A DNA stretch of 59,741 nucleotides. It comes from Macrostomum lignano (Eukaryota). Shown in pieces: positions 19,550-31,845 of this stretch. The stretch is from assembly GCA_002269645.1 (NCBI GenBank), contig NIVC01002873.1, forward strand, positions 73,037-132,777, given 5' to 3'. The position numbers and the translations under genes were made by a program. The notes beneath the pieces are model-generated. The model was not told where the DNA came from, did not search any database, and saw nothing but the letters and a program-made list of their open reading frames with translations. Each line of letters begins with the position of its first letter. The first letter of the stretch is position 1.

Positions 19550-21149
19550 ATGAACTCCAGCGGCGAGGCTGGCGGCCTCCAGCGCTGCTTCTGGCGCAGC
19601 CACTCTGGGACGGTGCTGCCGGCCGAGATTCTGGGCAGCCAGCCCGGGCCCGGCCGCCAGAAGCTGCTGCTGCTCCGGCTGTCCGACACCGGCCAGCGCC
19701 GCCTAGCGCGAGCTCGGGACACCTGGCCGTGCCGGTCCGCGCCCGCCGGCGCCTGTCAGAAATGCCGGCAGAAGGCGGCAGAACCAGCAGCGCTGGTCTG
19801 CCAGGAGTGCCGCAATGTCTACCATCGGCACTGCGGCCTGCTGGACCCGGCGCAGACCGAAGGCTATCCCAGCGGCTTCTTCCGGTGCCGCAACTGCTGC
19901 TTCCGGTTGGCTGTCGGGCCGCTGGGCGCTGCATCCGACGGTCGCGACGGCCGAATGCTGCGGGCGGTGAAGCGGCAGCTGGAGTACAGCGTGGCTCAGC
20001 TGAGCTGGCCCAGCGATCTGGAGAACTCGGACAATGTCTACTGCTACTGCGGCGGGCCCGGCAACGCCGCCTACGGCATGCTGCGGTGCATCGCCTGCAA
20101 ACAGCATTTCCACTTGGCCTGCTTGCAGGACCTGCCCGACTGGATGCGGCATGGGCTGGTGCCCTGGGATCGGTGAGCTGTGTCTGATTGCAGATGCTCA
20201 ATTTAGGGGGCTAATCCTCTCAGATCCCCAATTTGAGTAGCTGATCCTCTCAGATCCCCAATTTGAGTAGCTGATCCTCTCAGATCCCCAATTTGAGTAG
20301 CTGATCCTCTCAGATCCCCAATTTGAGTAGCTGATCCTCTCAGATCCCCAATTTGAGTAGCTAATCCTCTCAGATCCCCAATTTGAGCAGCTAATCTTCT
20401 CAGATCCCCAGTTTGAGTAGCTGATCCTCTCAGATCCCCAGTTTGAGTAGCTGATCCTCTCAGATCCCCAGTTTGAGTAGCTAAACCTTCAGATCGCCAA
20501 TTTGAGTAGCTGATCCTCTCAGATCCCCAATTTGAGTAGCTAATCCTCTCAGATCCCCAGTTTGAGTAGCTGATCCTCTCAGATCCCCAGTTTGAGTAGC
20601 TAAACCTTCAGATCGCCAATTTGAGTAGCTGATCCTCTCAGATCCCCAATTTGAAGAGCTAATCCTCAGTCCTCAATTCGGAGAGCTAAGGTTAGGAGTG
20701 CACTATTATAGATCGAAAACAATTCCGCAACCGCAAATTCCCTTTCGGCTCCCAGTTGGCTGGTTGCTGCGCGGGTAGCTTCACACCAGTCAGACTGGGC
20801 TATATTTAGCTCCTCAGTCCTCTGCTTCAAAGCACGCCTTGTTGTCGTCTCTAAGACGGCAAGTGCAGTGACAAATCGCTGTGTTCTTAGCGACAAATCC
20901 ACCTGCGCCCCCAACTCAGCTATTTTTATCTGGCAATGTTGCTCATGTCGCTTATTTTGGTGCATGCCAAACTGCAGAGTATTGAAAAATATTAATTAAG
21001 GCTGACAGGGCTGCCGAATATTGAGGCTGCTTGGGGGCAGACAGCCAGCCAGACAGACAGACAGACAGACAGACAGACAGGCAGGCAGGCAGAGAGAAAG
21101 ACAGACAGCAGACAGACAAACAGACAGACAGGCAGGCAGGCAGGCAGGC

Positions 21150-21198
<49 letters not shown>

Positions 21199-21417
21199 GG
21201 CAGAGAGAAAGACAGACAGACAGACAGACAGGCAGGCAGACAGGCAGGCAGGCAGACAGACAGACAGACAGACAGACAGGCAGGCAGGCAGACAGACAGG
21301 CAGACAGACAGACAGACAGGCAGGCAGGCAGACAGACAGACAGGCAGGCAGGCAGGCAGACAGACAGACAGACAGACAGGCAGGCAGACAGGCAGACAGA
21401 CAGACAGGCAGAGAGAA

Positions 21418-21458
<41 letters not shown>

Positions 21459-21593
21459 GGCAGGCAGGCAGACAGACAGGCAGCCAGACAGACAGACAGA
21501 CAGACAGACAGGCAGACAGACAGGCAGGCAGGCAGGCAGGCAGGCAGACAGACAGGCAGACAGACAGACAGACAGGCAGACAGACAGACAGGC

Positions 21594-21638
<45 letters not shown>

Positions 21639-21718
21639 GGCAGGCAGGCAGACAGGCAGACAGACAGGCAGGCAGACAGACAGACAGACAGACAGGCAGG
21701 CAGGCAGACAGGCAGGCA

Positions 21719-21763
<45 letters not shown>

Positions 21764-22122
21764 ACAGACAGGCAGACAAGCAGGCAGATGGGCAGGCAGC
21801 CACCCGTCCCGCTATCCACCAGTCTCCAAGCAGCCGCTTTCTACCTCCCCCCTCCGCCAGTTTCTACGCATTTCTGTGCGCCTGCTGCAACGAGTTCGAG
21901 CCGCAGCCCGGCACGGAGTTCGTGCACCGCCTGCCGCTGCGCTGGCCGGACCTGGTGCACATGGGCCTGCTGAACCTGGCTGCCACCAGCGAGGGCTCCG
22001 GATTTCACTGGGCCCGGCACGTCACGCCCTGGCTGCGCTCCGTGTGGCACCGGCTGTACGTCTCCAACCTGCGGATGGCCGATCTGGAGACTCAGGTACG
22101 GCTTCTGGCTGCATTGCGACTG

Positions 22123-22206
<84 letters not shown>

Positions 22207-22211
22207 TTCTC

Positions 22212-22254
<43 letters not shown>

Positions 22255-22259
22255 TTCTC

Positions 22260-22294
<35 letters not shown>

Positions 22295-24656
22295 GCCTGT
22301 CTGTCTGTCTGTCTGCCTGCCTGCCTGCCTGCCTGTCTGTCTGTCTGTCTGTCTGTCTGTCTTTCTCTCTGTCTGTCCGTCTGTGTCCGTTCGTCTGTCC
22401 TGTGTACCAGATCTCTCCAAGTCAAATCCTGATCCCATTTAACTCCAGTTTGGTCCGCAATTTCCCTTTTCATGTCCAGGTGGTCCAGTCCTTGTCCAGC
22501 CACACCAAGCGTTTCCAGCCGGTTGTCATGACAACGGGCGACACGCTGTACCGGCCGATCTGCCCGCTGCGGCCCCCCGTGGTGACGCCGCCGCAGCCGG
22601 GCAGCCACCTGGCCCGCGTCAACTGGGCCGCCCGCATCTCCTATGCGCCGCCGCGCGGCGACCTTCCGCCGGCCTTGCTGCGGGACCCGGCCGCGCCCGG
22701 CCCCGAGGAGGCCGACGCCATCGCCGCCGCCACCGCGGCTGCCGTCTCCTTGAAGCCGAACTCCGTTGCTAATAACAATAATTTGAACTCGAAAGCTCGC
22801 AAAGCCTTCGCCAAACCAGAAGCTGACAGCGGCTCCAACAGTGAAGACAGCTGCTTGGATGTCGGAGACGACCAGCTGCAGGACGCCGATTTTAAGCCTG
22901 GCAGCAGCGGCGCCGACATGGCTTCTTTGAAATCCGCCGGCTCGCCGCAGTCCTCGTCCGCCGCGTCCCAGGCGCTGACGGCTGGGTGAGCGGATGCTGG
23001 GGATTAGTGATGGTGCGGATTAGTGATGCTAGGGATAAGCGATGCTTGGGATTAGTGATGCTGGGGATTAGTGATGCTAGGGATTAGCGATGCTTGGGAT
23101 TAGTGATGCTGGGGATTAGTGATGCTGGGGATTAGTGATGGTGCGGATTAGTGATGCTGGTGATTAGTGATGGTGCGGATTAGTGATGCTGGGGATTAGT
23201 GATGGTGCGGATTAGTGATGCTGGGGATTAGTGATGCTGGCGATTAGTGGTGGTGCGGATTAGTGATGCTGGGGATTAGTTATAGTGCGGATTAGCGATG
23301 CTGGGGATTAGTGATAGTGCGGATTAGCGATGCTGGGGATTAGTGATGCTGGGGATTAGTGATGCTGGGGATTAGCGATGGTGCGGATTCCAATCCATTC
23401 AGACCCCATATAACGACTCGAACCGCCGACCCTCCAGGCGAGCTCAGTTCGGCAGGCAGCAGCGCCGCAATTTGCAGCAGCAGCAGCGCCGCCGCGGCCG
23501 CCCGCTGCTGAACCTGCCGCGCCGGCGCCCTGACCAGCCCGCGTCGACATCGGCAGCAGCGGCAGCTCGAGGCGCCAAACGAGTCGCCGCTGACGAGGAC
23601 GCCGAGCAACAGCCCGCCAGCAAGCGGCGGCGCGGCAGGAAGCCTCAACGGCAGCGCCAGGCAGCGCCGAGACGCCAGCAGCTGGTCGAGGACAGCGACG
23701 GAGAGCTGGCGAAGGTTCGCCGGTCTGGCATTCTGGACAGCGACAGCGATGAGCAGTCCTACCACAGCGCTGACTTCAACACCTCCGAGGACGACAGCGG
23801 CGACGAGGATTTTGTTGTCCGCGGTGTTGGCGGCTCCCGTCGGCCTCGGCCGGTCGTCGAAGGCCGTCAGCGTCGTGGTCGAGGCCGTCCGCCCAGTGCC
23901 AGCACCGTCCGACTTCAGCAGCAACAGCAGCGGCGACGTCAGCAGCAACGGCTGCGGCTGAATTCTAGCGACCTGGACTCCGTCGGGTATATCGAAGACG
24001 GCGACGGCCGAGATGATATCGATGACGACGAGGACGCCAAATCCGCCGCTTCTACAGCCGGCGCTGCCGCTCCCGACGCATCGGCAGCCGCTGCTGGCGT
24101 CCCGGACGATTCCGGCCGAGACGATGTTGGCGGCGATGTTGTTGACCGGCCGTCTACGCAGCCGAAGCCGCCGCCGCCACCGCCGTCCCGACGTCGGCCG
24201 CCAAAGTCTCGCCGAAGTGCCTCTGGGCCCGGCCGGCCTCGCGGCTCTTCAACGGCGTCCCGCGCATCGGCGCCGTCCGCCCAGCCGTCGTCGTCGACTT
24301 GTTCACCGACACTGCCTTCGCCGCCGATCCGTTCGGTGGCCGACAGCGCCGCCTCCGTGCTGTCCTTCATTCCGCCCGCCCAGCGACACCCGTTCCGCCT
24401 GCCCTGGGAGCTGCCGGTGCACACCGACGTCCGCGTCAGGCGGTCTCTCTGGCTGCAGGTGCACGCCCTCATGCCGCCGCCACCGCCACCGGAGCTGCCA
24501 GCAAAGCTGTCTGAACTGGAGGCTCGGCTAGACGTGGCCTGCCGGTCCAGACAGGGCTCGCCAAGGAAACTACTGATAGGCCAGCTGATGGGCACCAGGG
24601 AAAGGCGTCTGCCCGACGGGAAGACAACCGTTGACTCGCTGTTCCGCTGGTGGTGA
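19550..24656 (+). CDS. Pcl: Polycomb-like protein (PHF1/MTF2/PHF19 family): Tudor-like, PHD1, PHD2, winged-helix/EH, C-terminal chromo-like; 4 exons, 860 aa
   Basis: Exons 19550-20172, 21861-22095, 22480-22985 and 23438-24656 with concordant phases (2,0,2; total 2583 nt). Family motifs [46 protein letters not shown] (formed across intron 1), [17 protein letters not shown], and C-terminal RRLPDGK..LFRW. Confidence 0.92.
20205..20665. repeat. 30-bp repeat (GATCCTCTCAGATCCCCAATTTGAGTAGCT), about 15 copies, Pcl intron 1
   Basis: Read directly from sequence. Confidence 0.95.
21040..21790. repeat. (GACA/GGCA)n microsatellite, Pcl intron 1
   Basis: Read directly from sequence; explains the spurious QTDR and CLSV ORFs. 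Confidence 0.97.
22122..22385. repeat. (GTCT)n microsatellite, Pcl intron 2 (opposite orientation to the intron 1 tract)
   Basis: Read directly from sequence. Confidence 0.95.
22993..23388. repeat. ~16-bp repeat (GGGATTAGTGATGCTG and variants) filling Pcl intron 3
   Basis: Starts about 7 nt after the donor at 22986. Confidence 0.95.
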
Positions 24657-24726
24657 TTTTTAGCTTATTTTTGGTTGTTTTTCTTCGATGTAATAATCAG
24701 TACCTTTACTTGATTGAGGATTAGTG

Positions 24727-25400
24727 ACTCTGATTGGTCAGGAGGAGCAATTAGGACTGTGCTACCCTCTGATTGGTCAGGAGGAGCAATTAGGACTGTG
24801 CTACCCTCTGATTGGTCAGGAGGAGCAATTAGGACTGTGCTACCCTCTGATTGGTCAGGAGGAGCAATAGGGTCTGTGCTACCCTCTGTTTGGTCAGGAG
24901 GAGAAATTAGGACTGTGCTACTCTCTGATTGGTCAGGAGGAGCAATTAGGACTGTGCTACCCTCTGATTGGTCAGGAGGAGCAATTAGGACTGTGCTACC
25001 CTCTGATTGGTCAGGAAGAGCAATTAGGACTGTGCTACCCTCTGATTGGTCAGGAGGAGCAATTAGGACTGTGCTACCCTCTGATTGGTCAGGAGGAGCA
25101 ATAGGGTCTGTGCTACCCTCTGATTGGTCAGGAGGAGCAATTAGGACTGTGCTACCCTCTGATTGGTCAGGAGGAGCAATTAGGACTGTGCTACCCTCTG
25201 ATTGGTCAGGAGGAGCAATTAGGACTGTGCTACCCTCTGATTGGTCAGGAGGAGCAATTAGGACTGTGCTACCCTCTGATTGGTCAGGAGGAGCAATAGG
25301 GTCTGTGCTACCCTTTGATTGGTCAGGAGGAGCAATTAGGACTGTGCTACTCTCTGATTGGTCAGAAGGAGCAATAATGACTGTGCTGTGTCTAATTGGC
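24727..25400. repeat. 39-bp minisatellite, about 17 copies, most with CTGATTGGTC (reverse CCAAT box)
   Basis: Unit TCTGATTGGTCAGGAGGAGCAATTAGGACTGTGCTACCC. Confidence 0.96.
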
Positions 25401-26224
25401 TAGGAGTCTAACAGGTCAGATTAGCATCCGGGCATGCACGTTCTTGTTTTATAAGTGCCTTGTACTTCATGATACATATTTGCGGCACGTTAGTTTGGTG
25501 AAAGAATCATATTTAACTTGTATATTTTTTAGAGCTAAGAGAAATCTAGCCATGCTAAACATTAAGCTTGTTTGCCTTTCTATTCCGATACTCCTAAACC
25601 CTTTAATCCGCCTATTACGAGCGCTGTGACTTGGATAATCCATTCAGCCCCAGTCTGTCACTGTCCCGTCTGTCTTTTTAATAATGGTACAACTGATGAC
25701 TGCCTGTGCCACACGAATAACATTCTGCAGCAGATAGGCCTGCTGCTAGTGTACAATGAACTGCATCTTGTGCTTAGCCATTCAATGAACTTTTCTCTCT
25801 TTAATTTAAATGCACTGTAAGCCTTACTTGCATTTTTTGGTTTTGTGTCCTTTAGTAAAGTTTTCTGATCAGCTCTCGATGCTCTAATAAATTAAATCGT
25901 GTTTATGCGGACTGCTTTTGCCCTTGATTTGATTATCTAAACGTTATCCCTGATAACGACTGGCTGCCCCCACACAGTTGACTCTTCAGCCTACAATTTC
26001 CTAGCTGATTTTTTATAACAAGCAATTGTCCTTTGTCTTCTGTTGCCAAGGAGAATTGCGTTTTCTGAAGTTTTCACTGCGTGTTTTGTGCGCTTCACTG
26101 TATACTACTGGTCTGTAGAGTTCATCTGAGTAGTCAGTGCTGCTTTTGTTATTGCGGTGCCGGGCCCTGCTTTACATTCGGTGTTAGCAATACGCGGCAC
26201 TCTTAACCCGTTTTGAAATAGTCT

Positions 26225-28190
26225 TTAGCGATGGAATGTACATTGTGCAGCCAATCAAGTACACTGATTAGCGATGGAATGTACATTGCGCAGCCAATCA
26301 AATAGACTGATTAGCGATGGAATGTACATTGTGCAGCCAATCAAATAGACTGATTAGCGATGGAATGTACATTGTGCAGCCAATCAAGTAGACTGATTAG
26401 CGATGGAATGTACATTGCGCAGCCAATCAAGTAGACTGATTAGCGATGGAATGTACATTGTGCAGCCAATCAAATAGACTGATTAGCGATGGAATGTACA
26501 TTGTGCAGCCAATCAAGTAGACTGATTAGCAATGGAATGTACATTGCGCAGCCAATCAAATAGACTGATTAGCGATGGAATGTACATTGTGCAGCCAATC
26601 AAATAGACTGATTAGCGATGGAATGTACATTGTGCAGCCAATCAAGTAGACTGATTAGCGATGGAATGTACATTGCGCAGCCAATCAAGTAGACTGATTA
26701 GCGATGGAATGTACATTGTGCAGCCAATCAAATAGACTGATTAGCGATGGAATGTACATTGTGCAGCCAATCAAGTAGACTGATTAGCGATGGAATGTAC
26801 ATTGCGCAGCCAATCAAATAGACTGATTAGCGATGGAATGTACATTGCGCAGCCAATCAAATAGACTGATTAGCGATGGAATGTACATTGTGCAGCCAAT
26901 CAAGTAGACTGATTAGCGATGGAATGTACATTGCGCAGCCAATCAAATAGACTGATTAGCGATGGAATGTACATTGTGCAGCCAATCAAATAGACTGATT
27001 AGCGATGGAATGTACATTGTGCAGCCAATCAAGTAGACTGATTAGCGATGGAATGTACATTGTGCAGCCAATCAAGTAGACTGATTAGCGATGGAATGTA
27101 CATTGTGCAGCCAATCAAATAGACTAATTAGCGATGGAATGTACATTGTGCAGCCAATCAAGTAGACTGATTAGCGATGGAATGTACATTGTGCAGCTAA
27201 TCAAATAGACTGATTAGCGATGGAATGTACATTGTGCAGCCAATCAAATAGACCGATTAGCGATGGAATGTACATTGTGCAGCCAATCAAGTAGACTGAT
27301 TAGCGATGGAATGTACATTGTGCAGCCAATCAAGTAGACTGATTAGCGATGGAATGTACATTGTGCAGCCAATCAAGTAGACTGATTAGCGATGGAATGT
27401 ACATTGTGCAGCTAATCAAATAGACTGATTAGCGATGGAATGTACATTGTGCAGCCAATCAAGTAGACTGATTAGCGATGGAATGTACATTGTGCAGCTA
27501 ATCAAATAGACTGATTAGCGATGGAATGTACATTGTGCAGCCAATCAAATAGACCGATTAGCGATGGAATGTACATTGTGCAGCCAATCAAGTACACTGA
27601 TTAGCGATGGAATGTACATTGCGCAGCCAATCAAATAGACTGATTAGCGATGGAATGTACATTGTGCAGCCAATCAAATAGACTGATTAGCGATGGAATG
27701 TACATTATGCAGCCAATCAAGTAGACTGATTAGCGATGGAATGTACATTGTGCAGCCAATCAAGTAGACTGATTAGCGATGGAATGTACATTGTGCAGCC
27801 AATCAAATAGACTGATTAGCGATGGAATGTACATTGCGCAGCCAATCAAATAGACTGATTAGCGATGGAATGTACATTGTGCAGCCAATCAAGTAGACTG
27901 ATTAGCGATGGAATGTACATTATGCAGCCAATCAAGTAGACTGATTAGCGATGGAATGTACATTGTGCAGCCAATCAAGTAGACTGATTAGCGATGGAAT
28001 GTACATTGTGCAGCCAATCAAATAGACTGATTAGCGATGGAATGTACATTATGCAGCCAATCAAGTAGACTGATTAGCGATGGAATGTACATTGTGCAGC
28101 CAATCAAGTAGACTGATTAGCGATGGAATGTACATTGTGCAGCCAATCAAATAGACTGACTGTATCATGATTGAATGTACATTGTACGCT
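26225..28190. repeat. 43-bp satellite, about 45 copies, containing AGCCAATCA and the palindrome AATGTACATT
   Basis: Period of 43 (26227 to 26270). Confidence 0.97.
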
Positions 28191-28611
28191 GCTTGACAGC
28201 CTAGTTTATGATTTACAAAAATTAGCTCTTGTAGTCTCTTTTGTTAAAAGCCAAACACCTGTCCTGTCCCGGAGTTGGCTCCAGGCGCTCTCCTTTGTTA
28301 TTGTCCGATGGGCCTCAGACTGCGTCTCACTTTAGCTGTATGCTCTGTGTACTGATCCTGGATGCTATTTGGAATTGCACCTTTCCCATCATAGCCTGCT
28401 TATTCGAATGCACGCTTATCATTAAGCTCTGCCATTTATTGTTACTGTTATATTTTCATAAGGTCTTCGGCCATTTGTTAGCCCCGCTTCGGGCTAATTG
28501 TGAGAAGAGCCAAGAAACTCTAAAAAAATAGACTGAAGTTGAGTTCCAAATTCGAGTTTATTTTACCGTGTCAGTATGGGAGGCTGTGAAGGATTTGGAG
28601 ATGCAGAGTGA

Positions 28612-28985
28612 TCTGGGGGGATGCTGAGGGATCTGGGGGATGCTGAGGGATCTGGGGGGATGCTGAGGGATCTGGGGGATGCTGAGGGATATGGGGGATG
28701 CTGAGGGATCTGGGGGATGCTGAGGGATCTGGGGGATGCTGAGGGATATGGGGGATGCTGAGGGATCTGGGGGATGCTGAGGGATATGGGGGATGCTGAG
28801 GGATATGGGGGATGCTGAGGGATATGGGGGATGCTGAGGGATCTGGGGGATGCTGAGGGATATGGGGGATGCTGAGGGATATGGGGATGCTGAGGGATCT
28901 GGGGGATGCTAGGGATATGGGGGATGCTGAGGGATATAGGGATGCTGAGGGATCTGGGGGTGATGCTTGGGATCTGAGGGATGCT
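28612..28985. repeat. ~19-bp repeat (GGGGGATGCTGAGGGATCT)
   Basis: Read directly from sequence. Confidence 0.95.
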
Positions 28986-29905
28986 GAGTGTGATGCCGAG
29001 CGCTGAACTCTAGGCACTGCAGAAACTAATTACAAGATGCGTACCGTGACTAACCGATATTATGTACATGTTACTGGATTTCCCGGGCATTCTTCAGGTC
29101 GGTCCAGGGCTGCCAAAGTAGCGGCACCTCTTCGAAGGCTGCATGCACCTATTGGTGTTCGTCTTCGAGCAGTTCCACAACGGGCCAGGGCGAGTGGCCT
29201 GTGATAACTTCAATAACTGAGGCAGTAATGTTGGAGTGAGAAAGTGCTCACGTGAGAGCTTGGCTGGCTATTTATTAGTTTGCAAAGTGATGGTGGGTGC
29301 AGACCAGGCGCGCATAGCTTGAGGGTGAATACAAGTTCATTCAAGTCACTAAGCCTGTCGAAAAAATAGCGATCAGACGCGCCACTGGCTGGTCTAAAAT
29401 TCAGTTCATGCAAACTGTTGTAAAGTTCATCGTGTCACTAACAAAGACTAATTAACAACTCAGGACGTTACACTCTCGAATAGTAGAAGTTCTAGAAAAG
29501 GCCGACTGCTTTACATGGATGTAGCTGTTGGTATAATTGTAAAAATAATTACTATAGCGCGAAAAATGAATAACTTAAGTAGTCCTTGATCACTAAGTCA
29601 CAGTGCGGCCTGCTCTGGATTCATTCACGCTCAGGACATGCCCCGCCCCCAAGCCGTCAAGTTCGCCATGTCGAGTCAGCCTGTCCCAGCCGAACACTGC
29701 TAGTCCTGTCCAGCGCGTACATAGGACTAGGCTCCTTCGTTGCCAGCACAGCGACTCCAGGGCCGTGCTGGGCTCTGTACCCCGACCACCCGGCCCGCCG
29801 CGGGGCCCATCTCTGTCGCTGGACACCCTCCGGCCTCGTGGCTCCGCGTCCGCTTGGCCTGAAACTGCAAAGCCTGTATCCGCAAAGGCCTCTTCCTCGG
29901 CTGGC

Positions 29906-30119
29906 CTTCGCTTTCGTAATGGAGCTGTAAACAAATTTACTGAGCTTCTCCGCCTGTAACAACATAATGACGTGGCGGCCATCGATGAAACAAAGCTTCA
30001 GCCTCATGACCTGCTTCTCAACTCTCCTGGCTATATTGCAGGTTCGCGCTGATCGCCGGCCAGACACCCTGGGGAGCGGTCTCCTCTTCCTAGTACACAC
30101 GCAAATTAAGGTGACTTAG
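29906..30119 (+). mobile_element. Degenerate LINE ORF2 N-terminus (apurinic-like endonuclease); upstream GC-rich 29580-29900 may be the end of ORF1
   Basis: NGAVNKFTELLRL*QHNDVAAIDETKL..SPGY then a frameshift to VRADRRPDTLGSGLLFLVH, matching APE motifs N.nG..K..EL, D...qETK, PGY, R.DR and GGG..ilV. Confidence 0.75.
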
Positions 30120-30212
30120 ACAGCACACACACGCATATGATAATTGATCTAGTTTACTGTAGAACGTGCTGGCACAGTAAAAATCAATGGATTAAAATTG
30201 TTTGAAAGAATA

Positions 30213-30491
30213 CCGGTGTTAGGCTTTCTGTTCACCGGGGTCTTAATATCACCGGGGTCCCAAGACAACTTCCACTTCTTGTGATCTCCGGGCCGGATAG
30301 CAGAGTTAGTGCCGTAGGATGTCCGGGAGAGGCACCTCAAAGTGCCCGGATATTGCAAATCAGCTCAAGATATCTGGGTAGGAGAAAATAAAGCAGGTTT
30401 TTTGCTTGGCAGTATCCGGGCGGATATCGTAAGTGCTTTCTGATATCCGGGCCAGACAAAAAACCCCGGATAGTCTAAAGTGTAACACCGG
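30213..30491. mobile_element. Possible 279-bp MITE with 15-bp imperfect TIRs and internal CCGGAT repeats
   Basis: CCGGTGTTAGGCTTT (30213-30227) versus reverse complement of 30477-30491 CCGGTGTTACACTTT, 13/15 identical; no TSD seen. Confidence 0.45.
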
Positions 30492-30956
30492 CAGCGTCGA
30501 AAGTATACATGCTGTGGCTCACGAGGTGTTGCTGAGATGCCTATGCGCGATCAATTTAAATTGGTTGTTTCGTCAAGCCAAACCTAAATTGCATCAAAGT
30601 GATGATGAGGATTAAGCGGCTAAGCCATGACGCAAAAGGAAGGCTCACAGTGAGACTACATAGCTGGCTTTCGGGGCTGATGCTTCTTGTGTAAAAAATC
30701 ATTTTCCTCAGGATGCAAACAATAGCGACTGTACACGGTCTAAACCTATACATGTACGAGGGTAGCTTCTTGAAAAAATAAACTAAGTAAACAGAGCGAA
30801 ATGCAAAGAGGGCGATAGCGCATCTAAAGATCCATCCACAAGGCCCATGCCACCCCATGCAATTAGGATCAACGATGCAACCATTCAGTACTACTAAGAA
30901 TCAGGGATGCAGCCACTCAGACGAACTGAAGGATCAGGCTAGAGATGCAGCCTCAA

Positions 30957-31205
30957 CCTCTATGGAAAGGACATTTCTATGGAGAAGCAGGTCCACTGCC
31001 TGGGCCTCACTCTGACGCAGGCCGAACTGGATTTCCTATACATCCAAGCTAAAGCTAAAAAAGCCCTGCCTGTCCTGGCTCAGATCATATCAGGCGCGGT
31101 GAACACCACCTGGGGACTCACCCCAGGAAGCTGTGGTGGATCTACACTGCCATTATCCGCCTCGTGTGGGCTAGCGACCTAGTGGCTAGTGGGTCACCGA
31201 TCGAG
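30957..31205 (+). mobile_element. LINE reverse-transcriptase C-terminal fragment (Loa/R1-like)
   Basis: LYGKDISMEKQVHCLGLTL..AKAKKALPVL..NTTWGLTP resembles the YLG...KA..AL...TWGL.P region. Confidence 0.7.
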
Positions 31206-31538
31206 CTCTCTGATATTTGCACTGAATTACTGCATCCCTGATCCTTCAGTTGCACTGAATGGCTGCATCCCTGATCCTTCAGTTGCACTGAATGGCTGCA
31301 TCCCTGATCCTTCAGTTGCACTGAATGGCTGCATCCCTGATCCTTCAGTTGCACTGAATAGCTGCATCCCTGATCCTTCAGTTGCACTGAATAGCTGCAT
31401 CCGTGATCCTTCAGTTGCACTGAATGGCTGCATCCCTGATCCTTCAGTTGCACTGAATGGCTGCATCCCTGATCCTTCAGTTGCACTTAATGGCTGCATC
31501 CCTGATCCTTCAAATGCACTGAATGGCTGCATCCCTGA
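31205..31538. repeat. 33-bp repeat (GCATCCCTGATCCTTCAGTTGCACTGAATGGCT), about 9-10 copies; inverted copies at about 30865-30940
   Basis: Read directly from sequence; 30901-30938 is a reverse-complement unit with a few mismatches. Confidence 0.92.
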
Positions 31539-31539
31539 T

Positions 31540-31689
31540 AGACAGAAACAAAGACAGACAGACTCAGACAGACACACAGACAGACACAGACAGACACACA
31601 GACAGACACACAGACAGACACACAGACAGACACACAGACAGACAGACAGACAGACAGACACTAAGACAGACAGAAAGACAGACACTAAA

Positions 31690-31720
<31 letters not shown>

Positions 31721-31765
31721 TACAGACAGACAGACATACAGACAGACAGACAGACAGACAGACAT

Positions 31766-31824
<59 letters not shown>

Positions 31825-31845
31825 TACAGACAGACAGACTGCCAG
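31540..31845. repeat. (GACA)n microsatellite
   Basis: Read directly from sequence. Confidence 0.95.

Noticed and set aside
20952-22442. Long ORFs such as QTDR/CLSV repeats (also 173-591, 24714-25403, 31227-31954, 50633-51324, 52878-53732, 54576-55102)
   Set aside because: They are translations of stop-free micro- and minisatellites lying in introns or intergenic DNA
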